A DNA stretch of 63,496 nucleotides, the filler included, from Craspedostauros australis (taxonomy: Eukaryota): assembly GCA_030167865.1 (NCBI GenBank). It is 19 parts of 19 records of this genome, joined end to end, with 100 filler letters (N's around TTAATTAATTAA, not from the genome) between each part and the next. Parts side by side here need not be neighbours in the genome. Positions count along the whole stretch, not along the records: positions 59,460 to 61,002 come from JALAGF010000403.1; positions 61,103 to 62,201 come from JALAGF010000407.1; positions 62,302 to 63,496 come from JALAGF010000408.1; 16 more parts are not named here. One strand, written 5' to 3'. The first letter of the stretch is position 1. Every line of letters begins with the position of its first letter. Under the pieces are notes generated by a model that was not told the origin of the DNA, did no database searches, and was given only the letters and a program-made list of their open reading frames with translations. A program made the position numbers and the translations under genes. Of the stretch, positions 59,460-63,496 are shown in pieces.

Positions 59460-60322
59460 ATGTAGACATCTGGATCAGTGTCCTTCTTCATCTTCTTGTT
59501 GTTGAACTGCCTCTTGAGCTTGATCTTGGTGGCGGCATTGGATGGCTTGTACTTCTCCATGAGAGGTTTCCACACCTCATGTGGGTTCCCCTCAGGGAAT
59601 ATGTCGGAGATGCATTGGTTGTTGTATTGGATGGCTTGCTTGCATGTACCCTTCTCTGCATCCATCATGAGGATTAGATCGCTGAAGCAGTCGGCTGCCA
59701 GCTTGTAGGTCTCCTCCACTACTTCCTTGTCTGTTTCTGTGGCGGCTCCGATTTCGCTCTTGGTTGGGATCTTCGTCTTCCCCAACATCACATCTCTCGT
59801 TCTCTGCGCAGGCGTGTACGCCTTCGCTTGGGACTCCTGGGCATTGTGGTCCTCCTGACTACCACTGAATAGCGGCGCCTTGATGGGTTGCTTGTTCACG
59901 TTGGCTGATGTCGCCATGTTACTCCGTTGCTTCGTTGATGTTACGCGCACGCTCGTGATCTCCGTTTGTTTCTGTGTGATCACTTTTTCAATTTTTGCTC
60001 GTGTTTCCGCGGAGATGTGTTTTGTCACAAATTCTCCTCCTCATGTTGTCTCACTTTCTCTGCTCTGTTTGGCCGTGCGAATGCTCTTCGCCACACCTGT
60101 CTCTTCTTGCTTGATATTTGTGAGAATGCTCTTCTGCACGAGTCGTAGTCTTGCAAACCGTTCCTCGTTGGTCTTGTCGATCGCGCTTCCTTCTGCGCTA
60201 GAGAGGACAGTGGGCGCACCTGCTTCCTTCTGTGGTTGAAGTGGAGTCTCACTCGCACCTTCTTCTTGTTTGATAGTTGGGTTGGACAGAGGGATGTCTT
60301 TCAATTCCTCTTCCTCACTCAT
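59460..60322 (-). mobile_element. Copia gag N-terminus (same family as 38170-39993), one in-frame TGA at 60041-60043
   Basis: MLGKTKIPT..DCFSDLILMMDAEKG..QAIQY..QCISD..PEG matches 39750-39993. Confidence 0.88.
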
Positions 60323-60403
60323 TCAGCCTGCTGCTCCTGAATGATGTGGTCTTCTTTGCACAATCCGATCCGCGGGCTCGCCCTGATCTATTGTTTATAA
60401 ACG

Positions 60404-61002
60404 TGTTAGAAAGTTCCGTAGACGGATACCTTGCGATCGTGGAAGACAGTGATGGCTGTTATGATGACAATTGCTATTTCATGACATTGCTCCTCCGATG
60501 CTCTTGGTGTCTCTCTCTGACTATGAGTTGGCGCACAAGATACTCTCTTGCCATTACTCGTATTCTCTCTCTCTCAATATTTTGCGTTCACAACAAGCGA
60601 TATTTCATGCTCGATATGTGCTCTGTATTCGACACATACTCAGCCGTCTTGTCCTCTACTGGCCCACTACTCTGCGAGTATTCGCAAATGTTTTGTCCAA
60701 ACTCCTCCTTGTATATCTACGATCTTGATGTTGCTTGGCCATTGAATCTTTGCCTTCTTGATCTGATGTGGAGACAGCTGCCAACGTAGTGACATGATGA
60801 CATCCTGTCAATGTCAGCTGTTGTCTTCCATGGTCCTTCAGATTCCAGATTCCATTGATGATGCAGTGGTCTGGCAAGGGTGTCGTCATTTGAGGTTTAG
60901 TTGGGAAACATATCAAGCCTGACTCGATATCACATGTTTTGTTGATGGATGAACAGACGATGTTCCTTATGCTCTCATAAATGGTTGTTCACAAATTTCC
61001 CC
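60404..61002 (-). mobile_element. 5' LTR (partial) of the copia element
   Basis: Boundary TGTTAGAAAGTTCC lies ~80 bp upstream of the gag ATG. Homologous to 40716-41927. Confidence 0.75.
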
Positions 61003-61102
61003 NNNNNNNNNNNNNNNNNNNNNNNNNNNNNNNNNNNNNNNNNNNNTTAATTAATTAANNNNNNNNNNNNNNNNNNNNNNNNNNNNNNNNNNNNNNNNNN
61101 NN

Positions 61103-62201
61103 CCCGGTCCATGACAAGAGTCGTTTCCGTGTTGCCTGACACCACCTCTGCAGCGTTGAAATCTCGCCTGTTTTCCAAGTCCGTCATGTCCAAATCTCCG
61201 TCTCGGTCGACTTCCATCGTCGGTATGTTCTGCCAAACCGTCTTGGTTCGCTTTGGCGCTGACGTTGTCTTTTTCTCCTTCTGTTTCTTCTTCTCTTCCC
61301 TCAGCTTCATTTCAGATTTGTGGTAGTACATGCCGTTGAACGCAAGATCGTAGTCTACCGACACGGGGATCACATCCTCAAGTGCTGCCCACGCTTCTTC
61401 GATCTCCGGATCCACATGTGGAGTCCCATGCTCACCTTTACCGTCGACAGTGCCTTCTCTCAGGAACATCCCGAGAGCCTTCTTCAAGATGTGATGAGCG
61501 TCTGGCCGGTCTTCCAATGCCACCGTCATGGCTGCTGAAATAGCACAACTGACGAGCTGAGTCGACAACACCTCGAAAGCGTGCGGAGTTGTTCCCAACA
61601 GCGCTTCGCCGTCTGCCAATCGCGTGCCGCCATGCATGAGCCAAATACAGAGTAGTTGCATTGCCTCGCTCACTTCGAACGGCTGGTCCAGAGTGCGATC
61701 CTCCTCGTCGCCATCAGGAAAATCGTTGGGAGCTACCAATCCGTATTTCCGCACAAGGTAGTGCATCGTTGTTAGCTCGTCGCCATTGGAGTTGGCGCCG
61801 GGGTCTTCGTCGCCATCGAATCTGATGCCGTAGTTGAGTGTTCGTACCTTTTCTGCCGCTTTGTCATCGTCGGGTGAGATTGTGAAGGGTTTCGGAAAGA
61901 GAAAAGTGGCAAGTGACTGTCCCGATATCCGCATGCGTCTCTTTGTGCAAGCCAGTTCGTTAGCAGTGTTTGCGGGGTTGTAATTCCACAATGATTTCAT
62001 TCCATTGCACGCGATGAACTTCTGGAAGACCAACGACATGAGCTTGGCTCTTTCGTGTGGATGGGTGTACGAGAATGGCGAATGGAAGAGCTGATCGATC
62101 AAGATGGATGCCATCCTTGCGTTGTGTGTTCCAACGATCCCAAGAAGGGCTGTGGATTTCACCAGGTCTTCCTGTGATGGAATTTTCTGGTATCTGGCAT
62201 C
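61103..62201 (-). CDS. Unknown protein, upstream part (open at both contig ends)
   Basis: Uninterrupted frame over the whole contig. Bases 61103-61382 are the reverse complement of 62302-62581. Confidence 0.6.
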
Positions 62202-62301
62202 NNNNNNNNNNNNNNNNNNNNNNNNNNNNNNNNNNNNNNNNNNNNTTAATTAATTAANNNNNNNNNNNNNNNNNNNNNNNNNNNNNNNNNNNNNNNNNNN
62301 N

Positions 62302-63177
62302 CTTGAGGATGTGATCCCCGTGTCGGTAGACTACGATCTTGCGTTCAACGGCATGTACTACCACAAATCTGAAATGAAGCTGAGGGAAGAGAAGAAGAAA
62401 CAGAAGGAGAAAAAGACAACGTCAGCGCCAAAGCGAACCAAGACGGTTTGGCAGAACATACCGACGATGGAAGTCGACCGAGACGGAGATTTGGACATGA
62501 CGGACTTGGAAAACAGGCGAGATTTCAACGCTGCAGAGGTGGTGTCAGGCAACACGGAAACGACTCTTGTCATGGACCGGGATCTGTTGAAAGGACTGAT
62601 GCAAATGAAAGGTAAGAACACTGCAGCACGACGTTTCAGCCCAGCTCTTACGTGCGTGGTAGAAGGCAGGTGCAACTTGGCAGATGGAAGCGTCTCCTTC
62701 GTTGGTGCGAAGCGCAACGAAAAGGGCGAGCTGGTTGACTATGCGCTCTACACCATCTTCATCCAATCCAAGGATCTCTTTGGAACAACTAGAATCAGCA
62801 TCGGCGATGTTCGTCAAAACAAGAAGAGAGTGTGCAATGAGCTGCTCGAGATTCCGTTCGGGAAAAAGGGGCTGTACTGTGTGGCCAGTAGGTTGAACAA
62901 AATACCAAAGGAACTCCTGAAGACGGGGGACGTCGACGAAGCCAACAAAGAAGAATTGGATGGCTACGAAGTCAAAGAAGGCATCCAAAACGAACAAACG
63001 AAGAAGAAGAAGAAGAAGAAGGCAACGGACACGAGAATGCCGTTTGTTTCATATCCGACTGATGAAGGCATGATGCTGCCAAATGTGATGTTGGCCCTTG
63101 ATCAACTTCGCAATCAGCAGCAGAAGTTGGATGACAACGCAGTGATGTTGAAATTCTCCAACAGCGAAGATGAGTGA
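62302..63177 (+). CDS. Unknown protein, C-terminal part of the same gene
   Basis: Shares EDVIPVSVDY..LVMDR with the previous ORF and continues to a stop. Lys-rich NLS-like tracts. Confidence 0.6.
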   Translation, partial: LEDVIPVSVDYDLAFNGMYYHKSEMKLREEKKKQKEKKTTSAPKRTKTVWQNIPTMEVDRDGDLDMTDLENRRDFNAAEVVSGNTETTLVMDRDLLKGLMQMKGKNTAARRFSPALTCVVEGRCNLADGSVSFVGAKRNEKGELVDYALYTIFIQSKDLFGTTRISIGDVRQNKKRVCNELLEIPFGKKGLYCVASRLNKIPKELLKTGDVDEANKEELDGYEVKEGIQNEQTKKKKKKKATDTRMPFVSYPTDEGMMLPNVMLALDQLRNQQQKLDDNAVMLKFSNSEDE

Positions 63178-63496
63178 TGAGGCGGTGGTGGTACTACCAA
63201 CGGACGAGATGACAATGATGCAGGATGGATTCAATCTCCACTTCATCCTTATGACTATGTCGAACTATCTAGCAATAGCGTATTCCAATGCTGATCTTGA
63301 TCTGATTGTTGATACTGTGCATGGTAACTGGTGTGTCTTCATGATGGGTAGATTGACATCTGGTGGATGGTGTTTCTTTGCCTGTGCTGTCGGATCTTGC
63401 CTCATGCGATACAAGGTTCGGTCCTGCTCAAGCTCCAACCCTGGTCTCTTGTTTCATTGCCGTCTGATCAGAGTGGGTGATGCCTCTCATGCCAGC

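Noticed and set aside
14294..62301. Recurrent TTAATTAATTAA palindrome (piggyBac TTAA target- or repeat-like)
   Set aside because: Always centred in N padding. It is an artificial six-frame-stop linker, so adjacency across it is not biological evidence.
61103..62581. 280-bp perfect inverted repeat (TIR or hairpin)
   Set aside because: Contig overlap in opposite orientation within a single ORF.

Overview
Eukaryotic nuclear DNA, almost certainly from a diatom and probably a pennate one. The evidence is short GT-AG introns, bipartite signal+ASAFAP-type plastid presequences, CoDi-like Ty1/copia elements and diatom-type type-II membrane LRR proteins. The window is not contiguous: about 19 contigs are joined by 18 artificial 100-bp N44-TTAATTAATTAA-N44 spacers, and at least two neighbouring contigs are mis-oriented overlaps. 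The left half (1-32 kb) is gene-dense. It holds a probable beta-barrel porin with internal hairpin repeats, a 3xShKT protein followed by a decayed prolyl-4-hydroxylase domain, a two-pore channel, a plastid phosphohexomutase, a secreted Cys/Pro-Ser-rich protein, a GT61, a MYB3R factor, a DUF1118-like plastid protein, PTH2, a plasmepsin-V-like aspartic protease and a bacterial-looking GT-B protein. The right half is repeat-rich: copia gag/pol/LTR fragments, a piggyBac-like transposase, an octamer-based satellite with higher-order structure, one plastid gene, an orphan ORF, and an LRR membrane protein present as one N-terminus with two C-terminal versions. The best candidate for a novel system is this LRR receptor, whose two versions differ mainly at predicted solvent-exposed LRR positions. 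No CRISPR array, rRNA or tRNA gene was recognised. Family assignments come from motif recognition by eye, not from database searches.
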